A stretch of 64,000 nucleotides of DNA from Octopus sinensis (GCF_006345805.1 NC_042999.1:110670001-110734000), one strand, 5' to 3'; positions 13,265-26,509 are shown, counted from the first letter of the stretch. Program-made: numbers and translations. The notes: generated by a model from the letters alone, not told the origin.

Positions 13265-13737
13265 TGAGTGTGTGTGTGTATGGGTATGTATATGTGTGTG
13301 TGTGTGTATGCATGCATATTCTGTGATTGTTGGTTACACTAAAATGATAATAGTGTCCAATTTCCTTGTATTTCTGACAGTGGCTATCATGCTCCTTCAT
13401 TTCAATGAAATTAAATACATGCATCTGGAAAAATAAATAACTCAATAAAATACACAACCAAATATGAGAATTTAACCTATAAAACATATATATATATTTA
13501 TATACATAGCATATTACATAAGTATAACAACTGAGAATATATACATAGCAACTATAACATAAAATAAATATGAAAATATAAAATAAACATAATATAGCTC
13601 ATACATAAAATATAAACATAAATATAAATTATGCAATATGCTACATAAATATATACAATATAGAATATATATATATAAAAATATATACAGTAAACATATG
13701 TAAAACTGTATGTAAAAATTGTAAAAAAATATATATA

Positions 13738-13942
13738 TATCTGGCACCTGTGCGGGTGGCACGTAAAAAGCACCGACTACACTCACGGAGTGGTTGGCGT
13801 TAGGAAGGGCATCCAGCCGTAGAAAAACTGCCAGATCAGATTGGGCCTGATGCAGCCTTCTAGCTTCCCAGACCCCAGTTGAACCATCCAACCCATGCTA
13901 GCATGGAAAGCGGACGCTAAGTGAAAATGATGAATGATGATG
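13738..13942 (+). mobile_element. 3' end of RTE-type LINE (or SINE sharing its tail)
   Basis: GGAGTGGTTGGCGTTAGGAAGGGCATCCAG...CCAACCCATGCTAGCATGGAAAGCGGACG + (GAT)n. Related copies at 16748-16917(-), 17610-17790(+), 56520-56695(+) and 63548-63830(-). Confidence 0.8.
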
Positions 13943-14484
13943 ATATATATATATATATATATATGTATATCAAAATATAAGATGGAATGTGATGTAAAAC
14001 AATAAAAAATTGCATTCCCCACCTCTCTTATGCCAAATGAACTGTCATATAATTTCAGTCATTGAACCAGATAGTCATAAATTGATAATGATACTGTAGC
14101 TCTTGGTCATGTAACATGTGTACATAACTGATAGAATTGCCAAATTCTGTTTATGATATATTATTGTATTACTTTCTTGTGCTACAAATATACATATACC
14201 ACATCAACCAAAACATTTTAAACATTAACCCATTTATATATACACACACACACACACACTCATGTATGTATGTATTCTTACATAAATACATATGTATAAA
14301 TAATATAAATATCATTACAATACAACAATATTATTTTCCAGCGAAAAAATATATATATGCATGTGTATATATATATATATATATATAACGTTATTGGTGA
14401 GTTTACTGCTGTGATTTTTGCTACTAAGGTATCGGTTAAACTTTTGATTAATCTACTACAAGATTATTCATCTTTCTATTTCAC

Positions 14485-14523
<39 letters not shown>

Positions 14524-14590
14524 GTATATGCATATATATATGTATATATACATATATATGTATATATAGATATATATGTATATATACATG

Positions 14591-14639
<49 letters not shown>

Positions 14640-14719
14640 TTGTGTGTATAGATATCTATATCTGTGTATATATATTATATATATATATATATATATGTTT
14701 GTGTGTATAGATATCTATA

Positions 14720-14774
<55 letters not shown>

Positions 14775-15309
14775 ATGTGAGTGTGACTGTGTGTATGTAT
14801 GCACATATATAAAAGAAGACAAGTAGAAAGGTAGATAATTTAACAGAAATATAAAACTACATATACACACAATATCATCCTCTCTTATAATTGTTCTCTT
14901 TAAGGGGATAACTTTGAATGAGATGAATTAAAAATACTATTGATGGTGTGCATGTAGCTATTCACCATTTGATCTGTGTATAGTGGCTTTGCTGCAGGTA
15001 GAGGCAATACATTATAATGCTTATAAAGTTATAATGTTCTAAAACTCATACAAAGAGAAAAATAAAGGGATATACATGTGTATGTGTGTGTGTGTGTAAA
15101 GAGAGAAAAAGAGAAGGAAAGAGAGGGAGAGGGATTGGTAGATAGATAATGAATGAAAGAGAGAATGGGAAAGAAAGAGTACACAATTGAATCAGGAAAG
15201 GCAAATGATGTTATAATATTGTTATAGTTGGGGATGGTCATCTTCTGCCTATTAATCACATGTACAATTTATTTGATCTTTAGCTTTGTTATTAATATTA
15301 TTGTTCTAA

Positions 15310-15512
15310 GGTGACAAGCTGGCAGAAACATTAGCATACCAGGTGAAATGCTTAGCAGTATTTTGTCTGTTCTTAAGTTCAAATTCTACTGAGGTTGACT
15401 TTGCATTTCATTCTTTCAGGGTCGATGAATTAGGCACCAGTTGTGTACTGGGGTCGATCTAATTGACTGGCTTCCTCCCCAAAAATTTCGGCCTTATGCC
15501 TAGAGTAGAAAA
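15310..15512 (+). mobile_element. SINE family A
   Basis: A-box CTGGCAGAAACATTAGC, B-box AGTTCAAATTC, and GGGTCGAT..CACCAG domain. Confidence 0.8.
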
Positions 15513-15844
15513 TGTTAATATTATTATTCTATTTGTCAAAGTTCTATCATCACTCAGTTCTTCTGTGACTTTCTATTGCACATGTCTCTTGTTTTACATG
15601 GAAATATGTGTGAGATATTTAGATCGGTAGACTTGATCAAAAGGCTTTTCAAATATACTTTTATTCTGAGATTTATGTGAAAATAGTAATTTCAATGTAT
15701 TTTAAAGAGGTGATACTGTACAAAATGGGTGTTGATAAAGATGCAACTATCAATGTTCGAATAGAAACTTTCAAGTTATAGCTACTTTTGTAGAGAGTCA
15801 ATAAACGTGTCTAAACATATATATATATATAATATATATATATA

Positions 15845-16203
15845 TACAAGCAAAACGCCCCCCGTTCAATGGACGGTGCTGAGTTGTCAAACATTTAAAC
15901 CAAATTTTCTCAAATCAACTTTTCCAACCGTCCCATAGGCCTCCCGTTTGAGAAACACTAATTTAACCTAAATTTGAGACACCAGCAAAAGAAGAAATAA
16001 AGATAGACTTTTTTCTATTCCAAAGAAAAACGATTTTATTCACTTTATCGATCGCATTCTCACCTGGAATCAAGTTTTGTAATTTTTCCAAGACTTATAC
16101 ACGCCCTGATACTGTTGGTATCTACATATCAAATTTGAGCGCAATCAGATGGAGGATGCTCAAGATCCTAGAAGACACGCACACAGACAGACAGAACAGA
16201 TTT

Positions 16204-16225
<22 letters not shown>
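15845..16225. mobile_element. Helitron/Helentron-associated (HINE/DINE-1-like) non-autonomous element, copy 1
   Basis: Homologous to 48200-48590 (GCAAAACGCCCCCG..GGACGGTGCTGAGTTGTCAAAC...ATCGGATGGAGGATG..CCTAGAAGACAC..CAGACAGACAGAAC.GATTTTATATA); flanked by (TA)n. Confidence 0.55.
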
Positions 16226-16234
<9 letters not shown>

Positions 16235-16339
16235 AATTTAGGGTGAATACTTGATAAGTGTAAGCACTTGTATATGCCAGCTAGTAGCAGAGGCGAGAGA
16301 GTATATGTATCAAATGAAATCAAAAACAGAACACAAAAG

Positions 16340-16437
16340 ATGTCGCGGTACACGTGTTTCAAGCTTTATAAACGACCTATTCTTACATCATTGTATAATC
16401 GACATAAAGGATGGTTTAGAGCTCTCTTCAGCCACAT
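16340..16437 (-). ncRNA. Type I hammerhead ribozyme, intact core (left arm)
   Basis: ATGTGG-CTGAAGA(16431-25)-GAGCT..long loop..AGCTT-GAAA(16360-57)-C ACGT G-TA, predicted cut after 16349, then CCGCG pairing with TGTGG. Confidence 0.8.
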
Positions 16438-16595
16438 GCAATTGTTATACCAAAGATTTACATCACATTAGGAAATATCCGAAAGGTACATTTGGTATTA
16501 CCCATAATGATAGGTATATCGAGGGAGACTTTATATACCAAATGTACCTTTCGGATTTTTCCTAATGTGATGTAAATCTTTGGTATAACAATTGC

Positions 16596-16693
16596 ATGTG
16601 GCTGAAGAGAGCTCTAGACCATCCTTTATGTCAATTATACAATTATGTAAGAATAGGTCGTTTATAAAGCTTGAAACACGTGTACGGCGACAT
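16596..16693 (+). ncRNA. Type I hammerhead ribozyme, intact core (right arm)
   Basis: CTGAAGA 16602-08, stem II GAGCT/AGCTT, GAAA 16673-76, palindromic ACACGTGT, GTA triplet with predicted cut after 16684; stem I has a G-G mismatch. Confidence 0.75.
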
Positions 16694-16919
16694 CCTTTGT
16701 GTTCTGTTTTTGATTTCATTTGATACATACATATATATGTATATATATCATCATCATCACCATCATCATCGTTTAACGTCCGTTTTCCGCGCTAGCACGG
16801 GTTGGACGGTTTGACTGGGGTCTGGGAAGCCAGGGGCTGCACCAGGCTCCAGTCTGATCTGGCAGAGTTTCTACAGCTGGATGCCCTTCCTAATGCCAAC
16901 CACTCCACGAGTGTAGTTA

Positions 16920-16973
<54 letters not shown>

Positions 16974-17003
<30 letters not shown>

Positions 17004-17029
17004 TATAGATAGATAGATAGATAGATAGC

Positions 17030-17083
<54 letters not shown>
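16974..17083. repeat. (GATA)n microsatellite following (TA)n; representative of dozens of simple repeats in the window
   Basis: Direct reading. Other examples: (GAT)n ~1575, (TAC)n ~10325, (AAT)n ~10510, (TATG)n ~31436 and ~46218, (AAT)/(AAG) ~33635-33718. Confidence 0.98.
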
Positions 17084-17524
17084 TATGTTCAAGTAAATAC
17101 AACACCATGAGCTCGTATGAGAGGTCCTCCCAAGTTAATAATGTGGTATTCTGTGTCCTTTCACAACCTCCACATTAAGTTTGATGTAAAGATTGAGTTT
17201 TGCTATTGATACTGCTTCTGTCACTACCAATTATTTTTTTAATAATCCTGCTGACTCTCTGCAACATCAGTGACTGAAAGAACATTGAAATTTTACATAT
17301 CTTGTTGACAGTGAAATTTGGCTGTTATGACATCACAGCATGTCTTCCAAATAGGAACCCAAAACAGGGCAAAATCACGTGATCTGTAAATCTTATAAAT
17401 ACAGGTTCAATTATGCACCACCAGTCTATATGGGAGGTTCTCTCAAGGTAAATAATGCAGTATTTAGCGTTCTAACAAAACTCTCATGTAAAGTTGAATA
17501 TAAAATTTGGTGTGTATGTGTGTG

Positions 17525-17559
<35 letters not shown>

Positions 17560-17960
17560 AATGCACACACATACATATACACACACATATTTACATATGT
17601 ATATTTACACATGCACAAACATATATGGGCTGGTGCTACAAAGAAAGCACACAATACACTCTGTAGAGTGGTCGGCATTAGGAACGGCACTTGGCCATAC
17701 AAACAATTTCAAAACAAACATTGCTACATGGCTGTCAGATCTGGTAGACAGATGCAAACCCATGAAAGCAGATGAGAACTGATGATAATGATGATACATG
17801 CATATATATATATATATATTATATATATATATATATGTATATATATGCATATACATGTATATATATATATATATATAATCAGCTTACCAGTTATTAATCA
17901 AACGGTCCAAGTCATACCAGCATGGAAAACGGATGTTAAATTAGTGATGATGAGGATATA

Positions 17961-18020
<60 letters not shown>

Positions 18021-18072
18021 TACACACACACACACACATATATCCTCATGATCACCAATATATATATATAGA

Positions 18073-18109
<37 letters not shown>

Positions 18110-18417
18110 GTATACATACACACACATATACATGTATATATGTATGAGAGCATAAATATCAACTTATGCATATAAGGAATCTAAAAGCTAAAGCAATAAT
18201 AATTACTGAACAAAGTAAAACAGTCTCTACTGTGCTTTTGTCTACCCTGTGGTATAAATTAATTATCTTAGGACTACAGTGTTATCATTCCTGTGATGCG
18301 ACATACATACATATCATTAATCAGACTGTCTAGACATACTACTGTATATCATTTGATGAAATACAAAAGATATGTCTTGCAGAGACACATAGTAGTCAGC
18401 ACCTGCTTAATGTCAGT

Positions 18418-18451
<34 letters not shown>

Positions 18452-18541
18452 ATATAAAATTAATTAAGGGTAGAAATTGATATTTATCAATTAAGACCAG
18501 TGGTCTAGCATATTAAAAAAGAATCTGAAGATTAAAATATT

Positions 18542-18749
18542 TATATATACCAATTAAGGACTGAACACGAAAAGTGGACAGTCAACATGCTAGATATAGA
18601 CGTCAAATCGCCATTCACCACAAAAGATTATGTTCTCAGATCAAACTGTGTTGAGTTTGATCTGAGAACATAATCTTTTGTGGTGAATGGCGATTTGACG
18701 TCTATATCTAGCATGTTGACTGTCCACTTTTCGTGTTCAGTCCTTAATT

Positions 18750-18759
<10 letters not shown>
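18542..18759. repeat. Perfect inverted repeat: 106-bp arms, 6-nt loop
   Basis: 18542-18647 is the exact reverse complement of 18654-18759; loop GTGTTG; right end runs into (TA)n. Confidence 0.98.
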
Positions 18760-18790
<31 letters not shown>

Positions 18791-18999
18791 TTATATACAT
18801 ATATGCATAAGCATGGCTATGAGGTAAGAAGCTTGCTTCCCAACTACATGATTCCAGGTTCAGTTCCACTGCATAACATTTTGGGCAAGTGGCTCCTACT
18901 ATAGCCTCAGGCTGACTAAAGCCTTGCGAGTGGAATTGGTAGACAGAAAAATGAAAGAAGCTTGTCGTATGTATATATTTATATATCAGCATCATCATC

Positions 19000-20646
19000 A
19001 TTGTTCAACGTCCATCTTCTATGCATCATGCATGTGTAGGATGGCTGACAGGAGCTGACTAGGTAGAAAAACCACCCCAGGTTACTGTGACTGTTTTGGC
19101 AGGGATCTTACGGCTAGATGGCCTTCCTAATACCAACTACTCTACAGAGTGGACTTAGTGCTTTTTAAATGGCACTAGCACAGATGAAGTTAGTCTAGGC
19201 ATGATTTTTACTGCTGGATGCCCTTCCAAATGCCAACCACATTACAGCATGGACTGAATGGCAAAGTAACCAAGTAACTCATATGACAAAAAATTATGAG
19301 AGGAGCAGGGGCATTTAAGGAGGGGAACTTGTGTCAGGGGATGAAATGTTAGAGTAACAGAGAAATAGAGAGGCAGAAATAGGTGCTTTACTATAAAGGA
19401 GGTACATGGTTACCCAGTAAGAGAGAGGGAGAGAGTGAGAGAGAGAAAAAAGATAGAGAGTGAGAAAAGAGATACAAGAAAGAGGCCAGAAACAAGTGTG
19501 GTGATGTAAAGGTGATACTTGGTTACCTAGTCAAAGGAAAAACAGTGACCAAAGGGAAAGAGAGAGAGAGTAGGAAACAGTAAAAGTGTAAGAGAGAGAA
19601 GAAGTGGGGTGGTATAGTGCTAGGGTATACTCACAAGTAACAAGAATATGAGCATAGAACGTGGTTTGAATATAGGGTGTGAGTGTTGGGGGTGCAGGGA
19701 GCAACGATACAGTGAGCATGGAGATGAGGGCAAAAAAGGGGATTGGAAAACAATCATAGTTTATGAAGAGGAAATGTGAGGAAGAGAAAAATGTAATTAG
19801 AAGAGGAGTTGTAGTTTGATTTCTTAGGGTAGAATGAGTGAAGTGTTGTTACATATGGGTAGGACACAACTCTTCTAGTACTCAGTTTCATGGATGGGTC
19901 TTCTCTAGGACCTCATGTCACCAAACATTTCAGTCTGATGTCATTTCCTCCATGAGCTCCAACATCTTAAGATCAGTCTCCACCACTTCATCCAATATCT
20001 TCCTGGGTCACCCTCTTCCACAGGTGCCATCCACTTTCAGCAACAGGTACATCTGTATACAGCTGTCTTCATTCATACACATTACATGTCCAAACCAATG
20101 CAGCCTCCTCCTCTCCAGCATACCACATTTAATCCCTCTTAGGCTTAATTTTCTCTCAACACAGTTGTGCTTTGTTGGTCATGCACACTGATATTGCAAA
20201 TCCAATGGAACATACTACCTTCATTCCTCTCCAGCCTATTCATGTCTTCCACAGTCAGGGCCTATGTCTCACTACCATGTAACATAGCCATTCTCACACA
20301 AGCATCATACAATCTACCTTTCACTCTGAGAGAGTCATTTTGCTGCTAACAGAGGTAGTAGTTCTCTGAATTTCCTCCACCCTATTCTTATTCTAGAAAC
20401 AATATTTTCAGAGCATCCACCACTCTTACTAATTTGGTCACCTAAATAGCAGAAACTATCTGCTAACTCAAGAGAGCCTCCTGGGCATTTGAGAGAGTTT
20501 AAGTCCCTCAGGCTCTTAGTACTTACTGCTCCTACGCATCTGTCACACATGAAAGCAACTTTATCTGATAATCTTCCCACGATTCCACTGCATCTCTTAT
20601 GCATCCACAGCTTACACTTGGTGCAGTGACTGGAATTACATCCCAC
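19000..20646 (-). mobile_element. RTE-clade LINE 3' fragment with Cys/His finger, decayed
   Basis: ORF 20335-20646(-) CTKCKLWMHKRC..CDRC..FCYLGD..IGWRKFRELLPLL. Downstream frames give RLHWFGHVM and VLEKTHP; RTE-type 3' tail near 19000-19170. Confidence 0.8.
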
Positions 20647-21402
20647 TCTTTACTTACACACACTTACACACTCACACAAACATATATATGGAAAAAATAT
20701 GGTAAAATTACATAAAATTCAAGTGGCAGAATTCAGTGTAACCAGAACCAGATCAGTTAAATATGACATTTTTCCCTTACTACAAAAACAAAAAAAAAAA
20801 AAAATAGGAAACACTTTTAGTTGAAATACTCAAAAACATATGTACTAAAACTTCATTTTTTTTCTTGTACCCTTCCATACTTCTCACTTTTAATACATAT
20901 GCTTACATGAATTTTATATGCCAAACTCATCTTAAGATTATGTATACCACTATGATTTCTGCTGAACTATGACCATTTAATCTGAGAAAATGTATCATTA
21001 TGTTTTTATTTTTCATACATTTAAACAGAGTAAAATTATTATCCACTTATGTTAAAAAGTTAAACTTATTTTAATTACACATACACACAAAATATATATA
21101 AAAGAAAATTTTGAAACATTGTCAACTTATATATATATATATATATATCGAAACATGGAGTAGTTGAAACAGGGACAACTGAAAAAGAGGAATATTCTTT
21201 ATGTTGTATGTCTCGTTTCTATGTTTTTGTTTTTATGTTTTCATTTCTCATTGTGTTCAAAATTTTTTGATGTCCTGTACCCATATATGATTGTATATGT
21301 ATGTATATATGCATATATTCATATATTATTTATATTATTCCCTCTTACTCTCTCTCTCTATATATATACACACGCATACATATATATATGTGTATATATA
21401 TG

Positions 21403-21445
<43 letters not shown>

Positions 21446-22081
21446 ATGCGTGTATCACTGTCTCTCTCTTTTTCTCTCTCCCTCAATCACCATCTCTTTA
21501 CATATATATATATATATATATTGCATATTTTTGGCATTGTAGTCCTGGCTGATCCTACTTCTCTTCAGGTCTGACTTGAGTCAATTTCTTTCAGAAGACA
21601 AAAAAAAAAAGGAAATAAAAAAAATATATAAGAAAATATTGCATCATTATTTGACTGCTACCTATCATTTGGCTTGGTTTCTATGGCTTGATGCCCTTCC
21701 TACCACCAGCCACTTTGCTGCATTTCTATGGTATGTTTCCTCATGGCACTGACTTTAGAGAAGTTAAAAGGGGAAACCCCAAAATCTCACACTTTTTCTG
21801 CTCATTTGCTAACATCTTTACAGGGTGTAGTGGGTATATTTTTGTGGTACCAGCACTAGAGAGATTGTCTTGTTCATTTGTCATTAATGAGGGAGTTTGA
21901 TTTGTCAGCTTTCCATTATGATATCAATACAAGAATGTGGTTCCACGCATATAGAAAATCAGAGGAATCGGTGAGCAATGGCATGTGAAATAAAGAGGAG
22001 AAATAGAAGAGTGGCTAGAAGTGGATTAGTTAACATGTGTGTAAGCAGAGAGAGTAGATGATATCATAAAGCATGTAAGGT

Positions 22082-22295
22082 GGCAAGGTGGCAGAATCGT
22101 TAGCACACCAGGCGACATGCTTGGCAGTAATTTGTCTGTTTTTATGTTCTGAGCTCAAATTCCGCCGAGGTCAACTTTGCCTTTCATCCTTTTGGAGTCG
22201 ATAATTTAAGTATCAGTTGCATACTGGGGTCGATCTAATTGACTGCCCACCCACCTTCCCAAAAATTTCGGGCCTTGTACCTAGAGTACAAAAGA
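22082..22295 (+). mobile_element. SINE family A
   Basis: GGCAAGGTGGCAGAATCGTTAGC..CAAATTCCGCCGAGGTC..CTTTCATCCTTT..GTCGAT. Confidence 0.85.
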
Positions 22296-23526
22296 ACATC
22301 ATAAGGCATGTACATTTGTTCAGGTGCCCAAGGAGAGGCTTCAAAAAAGAAGTAATGAGATAAGAAGGACCAGAATGGCTGGGTGAATGAAAGGAGGGTG
22401 GAAGAAAAGAGTTGTACTCTGAAGAAAATGACAGGTTTATTTGGGGTAGAATCAGGTTTGGAATGATTGGCAGCCTCAGAGATGAACAAAGGTAATGGTG
22501 GGTAATGGGGTAAGATAAGTTGTGGGTAGTAATAGAAGGGGTGATTCTGAGGGGGGAAAGAGAGGGGGAGCTGGTTACGTAGAAGGGTAAAGTCAGAGTG
22601 TGTGGTGTAGAGGGTTGAGAGTGGTCCAATGCAATTCATTACATAAAGGCCTTGTGAAAAGATGTGGGTAGACTAATGGAATCTCTGATGTGTAGGCCTG
22701 GTGAAGAGCAAGGGAAACAGAGAGATGGAGGTGGCTCAATGCAGTCTTTTAAACACATGCTTAACGAAAGAATGAGGGTGGACTGATGCAGTCTCTAAGA
22801 CATAGGGGTAATGATGGGTGAGGGAATGAGTGCAAAGAAGATGATTGGTCAGGACAAGTAGGAGGTGGGATGACAGAAATGAGAGATAGAGTACTATGAA
22901 TGGGAGAGAGAGGGGGGATTAGAGGGGGAGGAAGAGAGGGAGGTAGAGCGATTTAAAAATGGAGGAGGAGAATGGAGGAGGTGATGGTGGTTTGAAGGAT
23001 GCAAGGTGAGGGGAGAAGCATTTATATATTACATATATATAAATTACACAAGCATGCAAACACATATATAAATATATTCACATATACACCCATTCCATCA
23101 AGTGTGAATTTGTGCCTCTGTGTGTGTGTGTATTTCTAGGAATGACAAGAATGTTATTTTAGTATATATTAATGTAGGCAAGTGTATATGTACATAAGTG
23201 TGAGTTGGTGTCTAACTATCCAAATGTAAAAGCAGGTTGCATGTTAACATGTATGTGTGCTTGTGTGTGTGTGTGTGTGCATGTGAAATAGAAAGAGAGA
23301 GAGAGAAAAGGGGAGAAAAGAAGAGAGTGTATACACATATGAAACATTTTGAATATGAATCTAATGTCTATTAAAATAATATATGTAAACATGAATGTAT
23401 TTATAAGTATTTTTGTAATATTCTCCTATGTATGTACTGACATGTTTATTTATGTATATACATTCACAAGCTTTCATTTGTGTGTGTGTATATATAAGCA
23501 TACATACATATATCTTTAAGCATATA

Positions 23527-23593
<67 letters not shown>

Positions 23594-24670
23594 CATATGT
23601 ATATATATATATATATACATATATATACATACATATACACATATATATACACATATATGTATATATGTATATATACATATGTATATATATATATATTTGT
23701 CTCCCTCCCTCTCTCTCTCTCTCTCTCTCTCTATAATATATATATATATATATATATATGTGTGCATGTAATATCTATCTGTCTGTCTGTGCTATCTATC
23801 TATCTAGCTAATGGCAATTGTTATTGTTCAACCCGGGTCAACCCTAATCAAAAGACACAGGTGTCCTAACTGTCGCCACCATCTCCCTTCGAAGAGGTGT
23901 ATAAAACTACATTTTCTTATTTAAGATCACAGAGAACAATCTGAGGGAGGTACAGTTGCTATTTAAGCATGACTGTCAGCTATGTAAAGGCTCTCATATT
24001 GGCATGTTATATGTGAGGGTTTTTTCCCTTGTATATGAATGCTTGTTGTTTTTGTGTCTTTATAAGGTTTATTTTGTCTTTTAATTTCATCATCCTCATC
24101 ATCATTGCAAGTTTAGTTTCCATGTGTTGGAATAAATCATCATGATCTGTGTCATATTTTTTGTGTTCCCATATACTGATTACTTGTAATGTCATTTTGG
24201 CATGGTTTCTACTGCTGGGAGCCATCTACTTTGTAGTGTGTACTGAGTACATTTTCTTGTAGCACCAGCACTTGAGAGGTGGTCAAATTCTCAGCAAGAT
24301 AGGACTGAAGTGACCTCACTAATCTACTTTACTTCTGTTTGCTCACTAAATTACTTTTAAGGGTGTTGCAAGGAAAGGCTTTCAAAACTAGCATTGGAAG
24401 GGGACATCTTCTACACTGTATGAGTATAGTGTACTTAGTTGTGTTAATGATGATGATGAAGATGATGATGATGATAACAACTTGTGTTGTAATGTATTTT
24501 TGCCTTGTATGTTTGGTTGTTAGTGTTAATGTTATTTTTCTTAACTGTTGTTGCTGTTGTTGTTGCCGTTGTTGTTATCCTTGAGGATCACTTTCGTAGT
24601 TATAGTGATGATTAATTTGTGATGTTGTCTTTGTTTTTATTGTTGTTGCTGTAGTTGTTGCTGCTGCTGC

Positions 24671-25050
24671 TTGTTTGTTTGTTTGTTGAGCGAAGCGGTC
24701 TTCGTCCCAGAGTGTAGTGGGAGAAGTCCGAAACGTGGTCCTTTGCTATTTGTAAGACCCACAGAAGAGAAAGCAGGTCAGCCCCTGACACCAAGAGCAT
24801 CGACAGATGGATGAATGCGCATCCAAGCTCAGCGATTGCGTAGGAAGTCGGGGACAAGAAACAGGAAGAAAGAGTGAGAGACAGTTGGAGCAAAAGAATA
24901 CAACAGGGGTCGCCACCACCGCCTGCTGGAGCCTTGTGGAGCTTTAGGTGTTTTCGCTCAATAAACACACACAACGCCCAGTCTGGAAATCGAAACCGCG
25001 ATCCTCCGACCACGAGTCCGCTGCTCTAACCACTGGGCCATTGCGCCACC
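24671..25050 (-). mobile_element. CpG-rich tRNA-derived SINE, family C
   Basis: Reverse complement begins GGTGGCGCAATGGCCCAGTGGTTAGAGCAG..GGTTTCGATTTCC and ends in (CAAA)n; CTGCTGCTGC on both flanks. Confidence 0.8.
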
Positions 25051-26455
25051 ACTGCTGCTGCTGCTGCTGTCGTTGTCATTGTGATTATCCTTATTGTCAC
25101 TGTTGTCAGCCTTGTCATCATTGTCATCCTTGTCGTCATCATCATCCTTGTCATTGTTGTCATCATCTGGGAAGTGTCACCTAATTAAGGATAAAATTTT
25201 GACTACATTCATGGGGACATCTAATTTGAATGGAGGATTGAACCAAGTTATTTTCAATTTCCTAACTCTCATTGCTGTGGAGATAGTGATCATTCATGTA
25301 CTTCTTAATAAATCTACTCCTCATTAATGCTTTATTTTAACAACCGATGAACTTTAACATTAAGAAACTGAGACTTTGCAGCTAAATTAACTGGAAGACT
25401 ATGTTGCTAATGTCTACTTGAAAAATAGATGGACTGAAATCTAAGTGGGGGCACAAATATTTGTGGGGGAAATTGTAGAGTCTAGACATAAGAAATAGGT
25501 TAGTGATAACTAACAAGAAGTCTCTGTCTGTAAGAAAAAATATATGAATCTTGCTTATTACTAGGAGATGGTTTGAGTCAAGGCTGGATTAAAATCCATA
25601 CGTAATAGAGAAGTGAATATCACCAACTAGAAGTTTCTGCAATATTCGTCATATATTGACTGAAGGTGTTAGTAATGGGAAGGTGAACAGAAAAAATATG
25701 AAGTTTGAGGTTTAAGATGACCATATTCTGTAACTATCAGATGGACAACATACACTGTCTATGAGGACCTCCAGTCAAACAGTGGGACTATTAAACAAGG
25801 GATCAAGGTGTAAATCAAAGAACTGATCATTCAGCTATTCATATATGAAGCCTATCTCCTGACCCGAGAAGAATAAGAAAGAATGAGTGCTTTTTAGAGA
25901 AATTGTCTTATTTTATATGGAACTTCTATACTAGAAGATTGTTATCATTTTATTCTTACAAAACATGTTAAGAATTTGTTTTTGCTGTGGATGTAGTATC
26001 CACATATGAGGTTGGTTTCTGTGTAGCAAAGTAAGAATAAGTTTACATAACCACCAGAATTATGAAATAATATGCAAGGAAAGAGAAAAAATATAAGAAA
26101 AGTGAAAAAGTAGTCAGAAAATAAATCCAGAGGAATAACATTGTGCTGCTATTACAAATGTATTTTGAAAACATATTATGACTAAGGACACAGCAGGGAA
26201 AGAAAATGAATAAACAAAATGAAAATACAGATTTGAGCTTGAAGCACTATTATAGCAGCATAACATTTAAATGGTGTTTAACGATGAATGTTTCTAACTC
26301 AGAAAGGGACAAGAATTTTCATTGCAAAGACAAGCACTGATCAGTCTGAAGTCAACTACATTACTTGTTGGAAAAATATAAGGTCTTCAACACGTGTAAA
26401 TACATAAATGTTTGTGCTATACACATATGTACATTTATATATATATAATATATAT

Positions 26456-26509
<54 letters not shown>

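Larger units (their letters stand above)
16304..16729. repeat. Near-perfect inverted repeat: 195-bp arms, 36-bp spacer
   Basis: 16304-16498 versus reverse complement of 16535-16729; I count 6 mismatches and no indels. Confidence 0.97.

Noticed and set aside
22340-22990. Purine-rich block with faint similarity to a Penelope/Poseidon linker on the minus strand
   Set aside because: No GIY-YIG or RT motif recoverable; similarity too weak to call.
24690-24760. GAAACGT motif near the SINE-C tail as a hammerhead
   Set aside because: No CUGANGA core or closing stems upstream on that strand.
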